DNA of 64,000 nt, from positions 385,014-449,013 of the forward strand of contig JADJBV010000001.1 of the NCBI GenBank assembly GCA_016703535.1, given 5' to 3'. Positions 18,624-28,600 of the stretch are shown here, piece by piece; the stretch's first letter is position 1; each line of letters starts with the position of its first letter. The translations under genes and the position numbers were made by a program. A model generated the notes under the pieces. That model did no database searches and was not told the DNA's origin. It saw only the letters and a list, made by a program, of their open reading frames with translations. The DNA is from Deltaproteobacteria bacterium. GTDB taxonomy: Bacteria; Myxococcota; Kuafuiibacteriia; Kuafuiibacteriales; Kuafuiibacteriaceae.

Positions 18624-19564
18624 TGTCCGAATCGCCGCTGGCCGAACGTCTCTTTTCCCTCCGCACGCCGGATGGGACGACCTTGGTGCTCGCCGAGGTC
18701 CTTGGGGGCGAAGAAGCCGGCACCGGTCCGTCGTTCCTGTTGATCCACGGCCTGGCTCAAACCCGGCGGGCCTTCGAGCTGGGGCCGCTCCCCCGACTGT
18801 TGTTGGGCCAGGGGGCCCGGGTGTTTTTGGGCGAACTTCGAGGTCACGGGCGCAGCCACGGGGCCGAGCCGGCGCACGAGCTCGAGGCCTACTTCAGCCA
18901 GGATCTGCCGACCTTCTTCGACGCCATCCCTGGCCCCATCCACTACGTCGGGCACTCCTTGGGTGGGATCTTGGGGTACGCGGCGCTGGGGCGGCCCTTG
19001 GGAGCACGGTTGGCGTCGGTCACCGGAGTGGCCGCGCCCCTGACCTTGGCCGCGGGCCGGCCGGACATCCGTTTGGCGGCGGCCTTGGCGGGACCGATCG
19101 CCTCTCGCTTGGACTCCATCCCCCTCGACCGGCTCCTGGCAGGGCTGGCCAAGCCGTTGGCCCGGCCGGCGGCGCCGTTTTGGCTGCGGGCCTTTCAGCG
19201 CTACGTGGGCTTGACCAACCCAGCGCTGGCGTCGGCGGCCGCGCTCGAGGCCACGTTGGTGACCTCTCACGCCGAGTCACCCGCCGTCTTTCAGGCCTTG
19301 TTGGCGATGGCGGTCTCGGGGCGGCCGCTGTTGCTCGGGCAGGATCTGGAGGCGGCGGTGCGACGGGCGCACCAACCGGTGGCGGCGATCGTCGGGGGAC
19401 GAGACGTCTTCGCGGCGCCAGCCAGCGTCCGTGGGCTGGAGCAGGGGGTGGGCCCGAGGTTGGTGCACTTGGTGGAGCACGGCGCCCATGTTGACCTGAC
19501 CCTTGGCCACCATTGGACCCGGACCTTCGAGCGGTGGTGGCCCTTCGTCACGGCCCCGCGTTGA
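18623..19564 (+). CDS. Alpha/beta-hydrolase fold protein of 313 aa.
   Basis: It has the GHSLGG nucleophile elbow (VGHSLGGILGY) and an N-terminal ...PSFLLIHG oxyanion-region motif. The annotated ATG begins on the discriminator base of tRNA-Met, so the start codon is uncertain. Confidence 0.75.
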   Translation: MSESPLAERLFSLRTPDGTTLVLAEVLGGEEAGTGPSFLLIHGLAQTRRAFELGPLPRLLLGQGARVFLGELRGHGRSHGAEPAHELEAYFSQDLPTFFDAIPGPIHYVGHSLGGILGYAALGRPLGARLASVTGVAAPLTLAAGRPDIRLAAALAGPIASRLDSIPLDRLLAGLAKPLARPAAPFWLRAFQRYVGLTNPALASAAALEATLVTSHAESPAVFQALLAMAVSGRPLLLGQDLEAAVRRAHQPVAAIVGGRDVFAAPASVRGLEQGVGPRLVHLVEHGAHVDLTLGHHWTRTFERWWPFVTAPR

Positions 19565-19567
19565 GGC

Positions 19568-19596
19568 TTGACAAGGCAGGCGGTCGCCCGTATTTC
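19568..19596 (+). promoter_or_regulatory. Candidate promoter for tRNA-Leu, with -35 TTGACA and -10 TATTTC.
   Basis: TTGACA is at 19568-19573, followed by a 17-nt spacer and TATTTC at 19591-19596. The mature tRNA 5' end lies 18 nt downstream. Confidence 0.45.
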
Positions 19597-19613
19597 GATG
19601 CGCCTCGTCCCCT

Positions 19614-19699
19614 GCGAAAGTGGCGGAATTGGTAGACGCGCAGGATTCAGGTTCCTGTGCCCGTTTTAGGGTGTGAGGGTTCGAGTCCCTCCTTTCGCA
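19614..19699 (+). tRNA. tRNA-Leu with anticodon CAG, a type II tRNA with a long variable arm.
   Basis: The acceptor stem is GCGAAAG/CTTTCGC. The anticodon stem is CAGGA/TCCTG with loop TTCAGGT. There is a 16-nt variable arm. The T-arm is GAGGG-TTCGAGT-CCCTC. The length is 86 nt. Confidence 0.9.
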
Positions 19700-19743
19700 T
19701 CGCGCTTCGCGCGAGTGCTCAATGAGGGCCTCGGGCGAGCGCT

Positions 19744-19762
19744 CACCGTTCTTCGAACGGTG
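19744..19762 (+). other. Perfect 8-bp hairpin, CACCGTTC-ttc-GAACGGTG, downstream of tRNA-Leu.
   Basis: It was read directly from the sequence. It may be a processing or termination structure, but no U-tract follows it. Confidence 0.5.
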
Positions 19763-19841
19763 GGCTTGGCTTCGAGTCCCTCTTGCCTGGACTGGGTGGG
19801 TTGTTTCGAGCTCGCGCTGCGCGCTCGCGGTCCGGGGGCTC

Positions 19842-19980
19842 GGTCTCGCTGCGCTCGGCTCGTTCTCGCTGCGCTCGACCTCGCGGGGCTCGACCTCGCG
19901 GGGCTCGTTCTCGCTGCGCTCGACCTCGCGGGGCCTCGTTCTCGCTGCGCTCGACCTCGCTCTCGCTGCGCTCGACCTCG
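19842..19980 (+). repeat. Imperfect tandem direct repeat array with about five copies and a period of about 30 nt. The core is CTCGCTGCGCTCG and a full unit reads ctcgttctcgctgcgctcgacctcgcgggg.
   Basis: The core occurs at 19845, 19865, 19908, 19939 and 19962. There are no intervening unique spacers, so it is not a CRISPR array. Confidence 0.7.
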
Positions 19981-20007
19981 TGGGTTGGGTCGGTCTAGTA
20001 GGGAGGC

Positions 20008-20673
20008 ATGATCACCCTTTATACGGCCCCCACTCCCAATGGCTGGAAGGCCTCCATCACCCTCGAGGAGCTGGGCCTGCCTTACCAAGTGCGGGCTTTG
20101 GATCTTGGGAAGATGGAGCAAAAGGAGCCGTGGTTCCTGGAGCTCAATCCCAACGGGCGCATCCCGGCGATCGTCGATCACGACAACGACGACTTTGCGG
20201 TGTTCGAGTCGGGGGCGTTGATGATCTACCTGGCCGACAAGGTCGGGCGGCTGTTGCCGAGCGATACCAAGGCTCGGTCTCGGGTGATTCAGTGGCTGAT
20301 GTTCCAGATGGGCGGGGTGGGGCCGATGATGGGGCAGGCGAACGTGTTTTATCGTTATGCGCCTGAGAAGATCCCGTACGCGATCGAGCGGTACCAGAAG
20401 GAGAGCCGGCGGTTGTTCGAGGTCTTGGACCGGCAGCTGGCGAAGGCGGAGTTTTTGGCGGGCGAATATTCGATCGCCGACATCGCCAATTGGTCTTGGG
20501 TGCAAGGTTATGGCTGGTCGGGGTTGAGCATCGACGGGCTGCCGAACTTGGCGCGGTGGCTCGAGGTGATTGGGGACCGGCCGGCGGTGCAGCGGGGCAA
20601 GGCGGTGCCCGTGAAGGCGGAGGCGGTGGCCGATGCGTCTCGGGTGGAGACGGCCCGGAAGTTGTTGCCATGA
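20008..20673 (+). CDS. yfcG: Nu-class glutathione S-transferase / GSH-dependent disulfide-bond oxidoreductase, similar to YfcG/YghU.
   Basis: [14 protein letters not shown]...[12 protein letters not shown]...[11 protein letters not shown]...IPYAIERYQ...[12 protein letters not shown] aligns nearly end-to-end with E. coli YfcG, aligned from memory. Confidence 0.85.
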   Translation: MITLYTAPTPNGWKASITLEELGLPYQVRALDLGKMEQKEPWFLELNPNGRIPAIVDHDNDDFAVFESGALMIYLADKVGRLLPSDTKARSRVIQWLMFQMGGVGPMMGQANVFYRYAPEKIPYAIERYQKESRRLFEVLDRQLAKAEFLAGEYSIADIANWSWVQGYGWSGLSIDGLPNLARWLEVIGDRPAVQRGKAVPVKAEAVADASRVETARKLLP

Positions 20674-20846
20674 GTTGGGCCGTGGTCCTGGGGTTGGCCC
20701 TGGGTGCCATGGCCTTGGGCGCGTTCCTCCTGCGGCGGCGGGGGCACCGGAAGCACTGCCCCCACTGTGGTGCGATGGTTCCGGAGCAAGACGCCGTTTG
20801 TAAGTTCTGCGGATACCGCTTCGACAACCCGGCGGCTCCGACGTGA
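20670..20846 (+). CDS. Small 58-aa membrane-anchored zinc-ribbon protein.
   Basis: Its ATG overlaps the GST stop as ATGA. It has one transmembrane helix followed by CPHCG...CKFCG. Confidence 0.5.
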   Translation: MSWAVVLGLALGAMALGAFLLRRRGHRKHCPHCGAMVPEQDAVCKFCGYRFDNPAAPT

Positions 20847-20900
20847 GGTGAGCGCTTGGGCCTGATACACTCACCTGGCGGGGCTGGCCCCGAGAACTCC

Positions 20901-22760
20901 ATGACGCCCGACGTCACCGCCGAAGACGCGCCGACCTCCAAGTGGTTTGGCTCGTACCTCTTGCTCGAGGCCTTGCCGGCCTACGGGATGGTCCAACCTT
21001 ACGTCGCTCGCGCCGATGGTCGCGTGGGCTTGTGTGTGGTCAAGCGGCTGTTGCCGGCCCTCGAAGGCAACCCGACGGCCCGGGCGCGATTTGCTCGGGA
21101 GGCGAGGATCGGCGCTCAGCTGCAACATCCGGGGATCGTCCCCTTCGTGGGGCACGGGGTCGAAGGGACCACCGCGTTTTTGGCCGTCGACTTTTTGGTC
21201 GGTGAGCCACTCCAGGCGGCCCTCGCGGCCTTGGCCCGGGCCGGTTCACGTTTGCCGTTGCCGCTGTTCAGGACCATCGCCCTTTCGGTCCTGGACGCCT
21301 TGTCCTTCGCCCATCGGGCCCGTTCGGCCGAGGGGACGCCCCTTGGGATCGTCCATCGGGACCTGACGCCTAGGAACATCATCCTCACCTTCGCGGGGGA
21401 GGTGAAGATCAGCGACTTTGGGGTGGCGCGCCTCAACGCCGACGACTTCAAGACCGTCCCGGGCATCGCCGTGGGGACCCTCGAGTACCTCTCGCCGGAG
21501 CAGGCCACGGGCCAGACCGTCGACGCGCGCAGCGACCTCTACACTTTGTCGGCCCTCTTTTACGAGATGTTGGCCGGTAAGCCGGTGATCCCGCCGGGCA
21601 CCACTACGGTCGCCACCCTCTCCTTGGTCGCCAACGTCGAGCCCACGCCGTTGGTCACCTTGCGGCCCGACCTTTCACCTCGGCTGGCAGGGGTCATCGA
21701 ACGAGGCATGGCCAAAGATCGGGAGGTTCGTTTTCAGAGCGCGGCCGAGATGAAGGTGGCCCTGGAGTCAGCGCTTGGACCTTCACCCGCGGCGGGGCCC
21801 GAAGCCTTGTCCCGTTTTTTGCGGGAGCTCTTGCCGGACAGCGAGGCCCGGATGATCCAGCTGATGGATCGGATCCGGGATCAGGCGGCCACCGCGCCAC
21901 CACGCCCCAGCCAGATCGGCGCCGACGGGGTGGTGCGCCCCGGTGAGATGGATCGGGCCAGCCCCTCCCAACTCGCCACCATGGTGGTGCGTGATCGATC
22001 GACCCCGCGAGGGGGCACGCCCAGCGAGCTGGTCAGCGACGAACCCCCGGAGCCCTCGGTGATGACCATGCCGGGGACCTTGGTCCGAGGCGGCGAACCT
22101 GCGCCCATGCCCCAGGTCTCGACCATCCCGAGCGGCAACGTGCGGGAGCCGGTGCCGAGCCTGGTGGGCCCTGCTCCCCGGCGCGGGACGATGATCTTGG
22201 TCCTGGGGGTGGCGTTGTTGTTGGTCGTGGCCGCGCTCCTCCTTCGACCTCAGGCCCCGGAGCCGATGCTGATCGACGATCCGCCGGCCCCTTCGGCGGA
22301 CCCGCCGGTGGTCACGGCGGCCTTGAAGCCCGGTGAACCTCGAGCCGCAGAGGCTGAGCCGACCGCTCCGGCCGAGGTCTCGCCTCCTCCCCGAAGTGAG
22401 GTCTTGGAGGCCAAGGGGCCGCCCAGTAAGAGGCGAGTCCCGAACAAAGAACCGGGCGAAGCCGCGGCGGTTTCCAGCCCACCTCCTCCCGCGTCACCAC
22501 CTCCTGCGCCTCCGCCCGCGGAGTCGCCATACGCGGGGCTGCGCCAAAAGATCCGGGCGATGATCGCCGCCCAACCCAAAAAGGACGTTCGGACCTTCGA
22601 TGAGGTTCGGGGGGCCTTGGCCCGCCTCTCCAAAGATCTGCCGGAGCCGACGCGCCAGAAGGTGGCGAGCAAGTTGTCCTCCGCCGATCTCGCCCAAGAC
22701 GTGGAGGAGTTGGGACAGGCGCTCGAGCTGATTGAACGAAGTCGGGCCCAGCTCGAGTAG
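20901..22760 (+). CDS. Ser/Thr protein kinase with a Pro-rich linker, one transmembrane segment and a Pro/Ala-rich C-terminal region.
   Basis: Kinase motifs HRDLTPRNIIL, DFGVAR and GTLEYLSPEQ are present. The track ORF starts at a TTG at 20856, while the first ATG is at 20901. Confidence 0.8.
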   Translation: MTPDVTAEDAPTSKWFGSYLLLEALPAYGMVQPYVARADGRVGLCVVKRLLPALEGNPTARARFAREARIGAQLQHPGIVPFVGHGVEGTTAFLAVDFLVGEPLQAALAALARAGSRLPLPLFRTIALSVLDALSFAHRARSAEGTPLGIVHRDLTPRNIILTFAGEVKISDFGVARLNADDFKTVPGIAVGTLEYLSPEQATGQTVDARSDLYTLSALFYEMLAGKPVIPPGTTTVATLSLVANVEPTPLVTLRPDLSPRLAGVIERGMAKDREVRFQSAAEMKVALESALGPSPAAGPEALSRFLRELLPDSEARMIQLMDRIRDQAATAPPRPSQIGADGVVRPGEMDRASPSQLATMVVRDRSTPRGGTPSELVSDEPPEPSVMTMPGTLVRGGEPAPMPQVSTIPSGNVREPVPSLVGPAPRRGTMILVLGVALLLVVAALLLRPQAPEPMLIDDPPAPSADPPVVTAALKPGEPRAAEAEPTAPAEVSPPPRSEVLEAKGPPSKRRVPNKEPGEAAAVSSPPPPASPPPAPPPAESPYAGLRQKIRAMIAAQPKKDVRTFDEVRGALARLSKDLPEPTRQKVASKLSSADLAQDVEELGQALELIERSRAQLE

Positions 22761-22761
22761 C

Positions 22762-24048
22762 TCAGGGCACCCCGCCGCCGTTGAGGGCCACGCTGAGGCC
22801 GTAGCTGAGCGCGCCGATGCCCAGGCCGACCACCACTGGTAACCAGGGGATCTCGTTCTCATCCGTCAACAAGGACCCCAGGCTAAAGGCGGCGCCGGTC
22901 CCGACCAGGCTGTAGCCCAGGGGCGCGATCAAGACGCTCCCAGGGTTGACGTCCCGGGCCAGCTCACTTTGGTCGTTGTGGCCAAAGGCCAAGAAGGCGG
23001 AGTTGCTCTGGCAGTCTTCTGCTTCGAAGCAGGCCGTGGTGACGTCGCTGGGGTTGGTGACCGCCACGCCCACCAACGCTGCCCCGGCGATCGCGGTGGC
23101 GATGCCTCCCCAAAAGACGACCGCGTGGAGCCCGGCCGCCGAACCGGCCAGCCGAGCCGGCCGTGCGTCGATCCGGGCGGCCGCGCCCGCCGTGACGGTG
23201 ACGTCTTGTTGAAATGGGGCGTAGTCGGGGTGGACCAGCTCAACCCGGTGGGTCCCGGGCAACATCTGTAGGATCCGGGTGGTGCCGGGTTGGGTCGCGC
23301 CGACGGTGTCACCATCGATCGACACGCCCAGGCCGGGCTCTGGGCCCTCGATCACCAACTCGCCATAGGGGCGCCAATGCCCACCACTCTCGAAGAAGGC
23401 GCGAAAATCCTGGACCACCAATCGCTCGAGGAAGCTCCGAGTTTCGTCGGCATCCCGCACGTTGACCTTGATGGGCGGGATCAACACGGCGCTGCTGTTG
23501 ATCCGGGCCTCCACGTCGTCTTGCCAGTCGGAGACTTTACGAGAAGCGTCGTGGAACAAGTTCAACGCCCGGTCGGTGTCGACCAGGACCGCGGTCATCC
23601 GATCTTCTTCGCCCTCCAAGGTCACGTTGGAGATCACCAAGAGGTAGCGAGGGTAGGGCACCTTCTCCTCTTTGAGGCGACGCACGTGTTCGCGGTAGGG
23701 CAGGACCTGACCGTTCTCCGAGGGGCGGGCCGCGGGATCGTAGTCTCGGGCTCGGGCCTTCAGCGAAATGCAACCCAACTTGCCGCGGCACTCGATCATC
23801 ACCGCCGCGTCCAGGAGTTGGACGTTGAAGTCGGTCTCCTTGCGGAGGACCTCGCTGAACATCCGGATCACTTCGGAGCTGGAGGTCCGGGCGACCTCAC
23901 CGGTGGGGGTACCCAGCAGGAAGGCGAAGTTCTGGCGGTTCGGCAGGATGATCGCGCCGTCGGCTTGTTCGGCCTGGGCCACGCCGGTACCGGCCAAGGT
24001 CAACACCAAGGTCGACAGCCAGGGCCCAAACCAACGCACCCCCACCAT
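22762..24048 (-). CDS. Secreted 428-aa protein with a PEGA domain and C-terminal transmembrane segments.
   Basis: The start was chosen at the internal ATG 24046-24048 because it yields the signal peptide MVGVRWFGPWLSTLVLTLAGTGVAQA. The PEGA-like block is VSIDGDTVGATQPGTTRILQMLPGTHRVELVHPDYAPFQQDVTV. The 576-aa track ORF is a 5' over-extension of this gene. Confidence 0.65.
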   Translation of the reverse strand: MVGVRWFGPWLSTLVLTLAGTGVAQAEQADGAIILPNRQNFAFLLGTPTGEVARTSSSEVIRMFSEVLRKETDFNVQLLDAAVMIECRGKLGCISLKARARDYDPAARPSENGQVLPYREHVRRLKEEKVPYPRYLLVISNVTLEGEEDRMTAVLVDTDRALNLFHDASRKVSDWQDDVEARINSSAVLIPPIKVNVRDADETRSFLERLVVQDFRAFFESGGHWRPYGELVIEGPEPGLGVSIDGDTVGATQPGTTRILQMLPGTHRVELVHPDYAPFQQDVTVTAGAAARIDARPARLAGSAAGLHAVVFWGGIATAIAGAALVGVAVTNPSDVTTACFEAEDCQSNSAFLAFGHNDQSELARDVNPGSVLIAPLGYSLVGTGAAFSLGSLLTDENEIPWLPVVVGLGIGALSYGLSVALNGGGVP

Positions 24049-24120
24049 TCGGGCGAATGTTAACCGGGACCGGGCCGGCTGGCGAGTAGGGCGCCGACAG
24101 GCCTGATAGGCTCCAAGGCC

Positions 24121-25620
24121 GTGACCCCCTCGGTCCCAGGGCACACCCAGGTGTTGGTGATCGGAGGTGGGCCGGCCGGCGCGGGCGTGGCCACCGTCTT
24201 GGCAGAAGCGGGGATCCCGACCCTCCTCCTGGAGCGTCGCACCTTCCCACGGCCTCGGATCGGTGAGTCTTTGACCCCCAAGGTCACCCCCTTGCTCTCG
24301 ATCTTGGGGGTCCGGGAGCGGGTGGAGGGGGCGGGGTTCGTCCGGATGGCCGGCACCACGGTGGATCACGGCGCCGGTCGGGAGACCCACCTCTTCGATC
24401 CCGAGGGCCGACGTTTGGGGTACCAGGCCGATCGGGCCGTCTTCGATCAGATCTTGCTCCAACGGGCCAAGGCCGCGGGGGCCGAGGTCCACGAGGAGGT
24501 GAAGGTCATCGGCGTCTTGCGCTCGGGCACCCGGGTGGTGGGCGTCGAGTGGGCTTCACCGAACGGCAGCGGCCAAGTCGAGGCCGAGTGGGTGGTGGAC
24601 GCCAGCGGCGGCGCGGCGGTTTTGTCCAGGGCCCTGGGGCAACGACGTCGTGCCCTTCAGCGCACCGTCGCGTTGGCGGGATATTTTCGAGGAGGACGTC
24701 GCCCCACCGAACACCCGCCCGGCAACACCCTCTTCGAGATGATCGACGAAGGCTGGATCTGGTCGGTGCTCCACGCCGACGGTCGCCGCAACGTCACCTT
24801 GGGCCTGGACGCCGCCCGAGTGAGGGCCCGCAGCGCCAGTTATCTGGAGCTTTATCATCGCCTGCTGGAGCGTTCACGCCTGGTGGCACCTTTGCTGGTG
24901 GGGGCCACCTTGAGTGGTGGTTTGTCGGCCCACGACGCCACCTGGGCCCGCAGTGAAGCCTACGCGGGTGATGGTTGGTTGCTGTCGGGAGACGCCGCTT
25001 CGGTCATCGATCCCCTGACCTCTCAAGGGGTCTACAAGGCGCTCCAGTCGGCCATCGTGGGGGCGGCGGTGGTTCAGACCGTGCTCAAAAGACCGGCGGA
25101 TCGGGGCTTGGCCCTTCACTACTACCAAGAAAGCCAGGCCCGTTTTGCGGCCAACTACGCGGCGATCGCCCTCTCGTTTTACCGACGTTCTCCGCACCAA
25201 GAGCAGCCCTTTTGGCGGATCCGCACTCAGAGTTCCTTCGCCGACCACGCCGACGTTGCGCCCGCCGATCTCCAGGTCTTGGCCGAACGTCGTCGACACT
25301 TCACCGAACGGGTCACTCAAGCCGGTGGGGACCGGGTGATGCTCCGGGTTCGGCCCGGGATCCGGGTCGAGCCCCGGCCGGTGGCCGAAAGAGGGTTCAT
25401 CGAACTTCGCCCCGGGTGGGTCAGCGACGGGGCGCCGATCGACTCGGCTGGCGTCGATCCCGGGGCGTTGCTCCAGGCTCTGGGTGGGGGCACGGTCGCT
25501 CAGGCCTTCGAGGCGTACATCGCCCAGACCGGCCAAGAGCGCTCCAGCGCCTTGGCTCGCGCCTTGATGATCGCCCTCGGCAACTTGGCCGAAAGAAACC
25601 TGCTCGAACTCGCTGAATAA
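24121..25620 (+). CDS. FAD-dependent oxidoreductase, like a halogenase or geranylgeranyl reductase.
   Basis: The N-terminal Rossmann motif is VLVIGGGPAGAGVATVLAEAGIPTLLLER. It starts at a GTG. Confidence 0.65.
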   Translation: MTPSVPGHTQVLVIGGGPAGAGVATVLAEAGIPTLLLERRTFPRPRIGESLTPKVTPLLSILGVRERVEGAGFVRMAGTTVDHGAGRETHLFDPEGRRLGYQADRAVFDQILLQRAKAAGAEVHEEVKVIGVLRSGTRVVGVEWASPNGSGQVEAEWVVDASGGAAVLSRALGQRRRALQRTVALAGYFRGGRRPTEHPPGNTLFEMIDEGWIWSVLHADGRRNVTLGLDAARVRARSASYLELYHRLLERSRLVAPLLVGATLSGGLSAHDATWARSEAYAGDGWLLSGDAASVIDPLTSQGVYKALQSAIVGAAVVQTVLKRPADRGLALHYYQESQARFAANYAAIALSFYRRSPHQEQPFWRIRTQSSFADHADVAPADLQVLAERRRHFTERVTQAGGDRVMLRVRPGIRVEPRPVAERGFIELRPGWVSDGAPIDSAGVDPGALLQALGGGTVAQAFEAYIAQTGQERSSALARALMIALGNLAERNLLELAE

Positions 25621-25624
25621 CGCC

Positions 25625-28600
25625 TCAACTTCGCTTCGGGGCCCGGCTGCTCTTCTCTTCGGTCAGGGCGTTGAGCTTCATCAGCTCGATCAGCTCCAGC
25701 AAAGGACGGGAGAGGTTCCGCGACTCTTCCAGGCTCTGGGCCGAGGCCCGCACCAAAGGCAAAAGCGCTTGCTCCAGGCTTTCGGCGTGTTTTTGCAAGA
25801 GAGCTTGCACTCCCACCGGCGGCTCGTTTTTGACCGTCACCGCCAGATCCGCCGGCTTTTTCCCGAGGGCCGAAAGCGCTTGCTCCAGCCGCGCCAGGTG
25901 CGGCTCCAGCCACTCCTGGTTGCCGTCGGACTGCTTCTGCACGGCCTCCTTGAGCTGGGCTTGGATGCCCTCCAGCTGTTCGCCCAAGTTGCCCAAGGTG
26001 GAGGTCACTCGGGTCACCGGATCATCGTCGGCACCCCCAGCGACCTTGAGGCGGCGGAAGTCCCTTTTGATCGCGTCCCAGCGGGCCTTTTGCTCAGGGC
26101 TCATCATCCCCCGGAGTTCGGCGAACTTGAGCAGGTTGTGTTCGGCCCCGGTCGTCAAGGTCTGGGACTCGCCGGCGTAGTGATCGCCGATCAAGCGGTC
26201 CAGCTCCTCATCGTTCATGGCCGCCACCACCTTTTCGGCCAACTTGTTCATGTTCCGGTAGCTGCCTTGCAGCTTGAAGGGGGGTTCGGTCCGGAAGCGA
26301 TCGTCCTGGGACGCCGAGGCGATGTACTCAAGGTTGACGCGCAACAAGGTCTGCTGCACCCGGAACAGCCGGCGCAGGACGTTTTCGATCTCCTCGATCT
26401 CGGCCCGGGAATAGGAGTGGGCGAACTCGGTCTGGGCCACGTCTTCGCCCCTCACCCGGCGGATGAAGCGGTGCACGTCGTCCAAAGAACGGGTGGCCAC
26501 CGGCTGGAGCACCGCGTTCGAGGTGAGGGCGTTCTCCAGGTAGGAGAGGGCGAAGGTCTCTTCTTTGCCCCCCAAGATATCGCCCAGGTTGTAGGTGTCG
26601 GCTCGGTTGGCCAACATGTCGGGGATCTGAAACTTCTCGCCCGATTCCGTGTACGGGTTGCCGGCCATGACCACGCAGAACTTCTTGCCCCGCAGATCGT
26701 AGGTTTTGGTTCGGCCCTTCCACACGCCCTCGATCCGACGTTGGGCGTCACACAAAGAGATGAACTTCTGCAGCAGCTCTGGGTTGGTGTGCTGGATGTC
26801 GTCGAGATACAGCATCACGTTGTTGCCCATCTCGAGGGCCAGGTTGATCTTCTCCACCTCCTGGCGGGCGGTGGCGTTCGGCGCGTCGGCCGGATCGATG
26901 GAGGTCACCTCGTGCCCCAGGGCCGGGCCGTTGACCTTCATGAAGACGATCCCCAGCCGGCTGGCCAGGTACTCCATCAAGGTCGTCTTGCCGTAGCCAG
27001 GAGGAGAGATGAGCAACAACATGCCCATCAGATCGGTGCGCTTCTTTTCACCAGCGGCGCCGAGCTGCTTGGCCAGGTTGTCGCCGATCAACGGCAGGTA
27101 GACGTCGTTGATCAGCTTGTTGCGTACGAAGCTGGTCAACACCCGAGGCCGGAACTCCTCCAACCGCAAGCGGTTGCGCTCCCGCTCGACCAGACCCTGG
27201 CGGACCTTTTTGTACTCGAGGAACCCGGGGACACGCACCGCCCGAAAGTCACCGAGCCGGGTCAACAGTTCGTCGAGACGGATCTCCAGTTGGCGATCCA
27301 CCACCTTGGGGTGTTGGCCGAGGAGGCCGGAGGCCACCGCCCGCACCGGCGCGCCGTTTTCGTCCCGATCCAGGTGAGCCCCGGTCACCATCATCACCGC
27401 GGCCTCGAGCAGGGCGGGGCGCAGCGCTTTGATGCCTTCGTCGTCGGTTTGCTCCAGGTAGGCCTCGAACCAAGCTCGGGCCAGGCCGACCTGATCGGCC
27501 AAGCGCCCCTCCAAGGCCCGCAGGTCTTCTTCGAGATCGCCGCGGCCGTGGGTGCCATCCAGGTGCCGGAATAAGGCGTCCCTCAGCCGCACCGCGTCCG
27601 CGCTGATGGTGAAGCGGGGACGTTCGGCGGCCAACTCTTCCACCAGGTAGGCGCCGGCGAAGCGGGTTTCGGAGGGCGGCACCTTGAGCCCCAAGGCCTC
27701 GAGGAAGGAACGCACCTCGAGGTCCAACTCGGCCGCCAACTCGGCCTCGGCCCGGGGATTGGCGAAGCTCTTCCGCAGCCGGCCCAAGGAGCGGGCCCGG
27801 CGGTGAAACTGAACCTGGCGCTCCTTGCTGCTCGGGAAGGCCCAATAAAGGCAGGCCCAGGCCCGTGGTTCGGCGGAAAAACGCAGCAGGCCCGCGGTCG
27901 CCCGGATCGAGAGCAAACGCCCCAAGATGAGGGCGGTGTCGGCGTCGTGAAGGCCCCGTTCGTAGCCCTCGTCATAACGATCGACCATCGCGGCCCGGAC
28001 GATCTCCAGGAGCGCCGCCTCGTCCCGGGCCACCTCCTCGAGCCTACGCACCGTCAGCCCCCGCAGGCCGGCCTCGGCGTCGGCCAAGATCTGGGTGGCC
28101 AGGTATTCGCCTCGGTAAACCGTGGGGGACTCGGACACCAACTGCTGATCCCAGTAGTCCCGGTAGCGGTTGAAGTTTTCGTCTTCGATCGGCTCGTAGA
28201 GTTCGGTGCCGGTCAGGTGCAGCCACATGCCACCGTCTTTGGGCACGATGGTCAGCTCGAAGGCCTCGGTGTTGACCGAAAACTTGTGCTTGCCGAACTT
28301 GATGATGTTGGCGCCGTCCTCGTAGAGGTCCAGCTGGTCCCTGAGGTTGCGGACCGCGTCTTGTCGGGCCGACTTGAGCTTGGACTCGAAGTCGTCGGCC
28401 TTGACGCTGTCGCCCAGGTCCCGGAGCTGCTCGATGACCTGCCGCAACTTCAGGATCATCGCGTCCGAGGCAAAGTAGGCGTTCAGCTCGTCGTCGGCCT
28501 TGAAGCTCTTGGCTCGGCGCTGCACACCCTCGACGATCCGCTGGGCGGCGGCCGCTAGGTTCTGGGCCCGCCGTTGTCGTTCGTCCAACAGCTGCTGCTT

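Noticed and set aside
18623-18625. A clean ATG start for the hydrolase.
   Set aside because: It is not rejected as a gene, but the start coincides with the tRNA-Met discriminator base. The coordinate is kept as annotated by the ORF track and flagged as uncertain.
1-19700. The large operon as a tRNA-integrated genomic island.
   Set aside because: The operon lies 5' of tRNA-Met, not downstream of its 3' end. No integrase, excisionase or flanking direct repeat was found, and GC content does not differ visibly from the rest of the window.
19842-19980. A possible CRISPR array.
   Set aside because: The repeats are directly abutting and imperfect, and there are no unique spacers. The whole array is about 140 bp, and no cas genes lie nearby.
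22762-24492. The full 576-aa ORF as the PEGA protein.
   Set aside because: The first 148 residues are Arg/Pro/Gly-rich with no signal peptide. An internal ATG at 24048 gives a canonical signal peptide (MVGVRWFGPWLSTLVLTLAGTGVAQA), so the shorter start was preferred.
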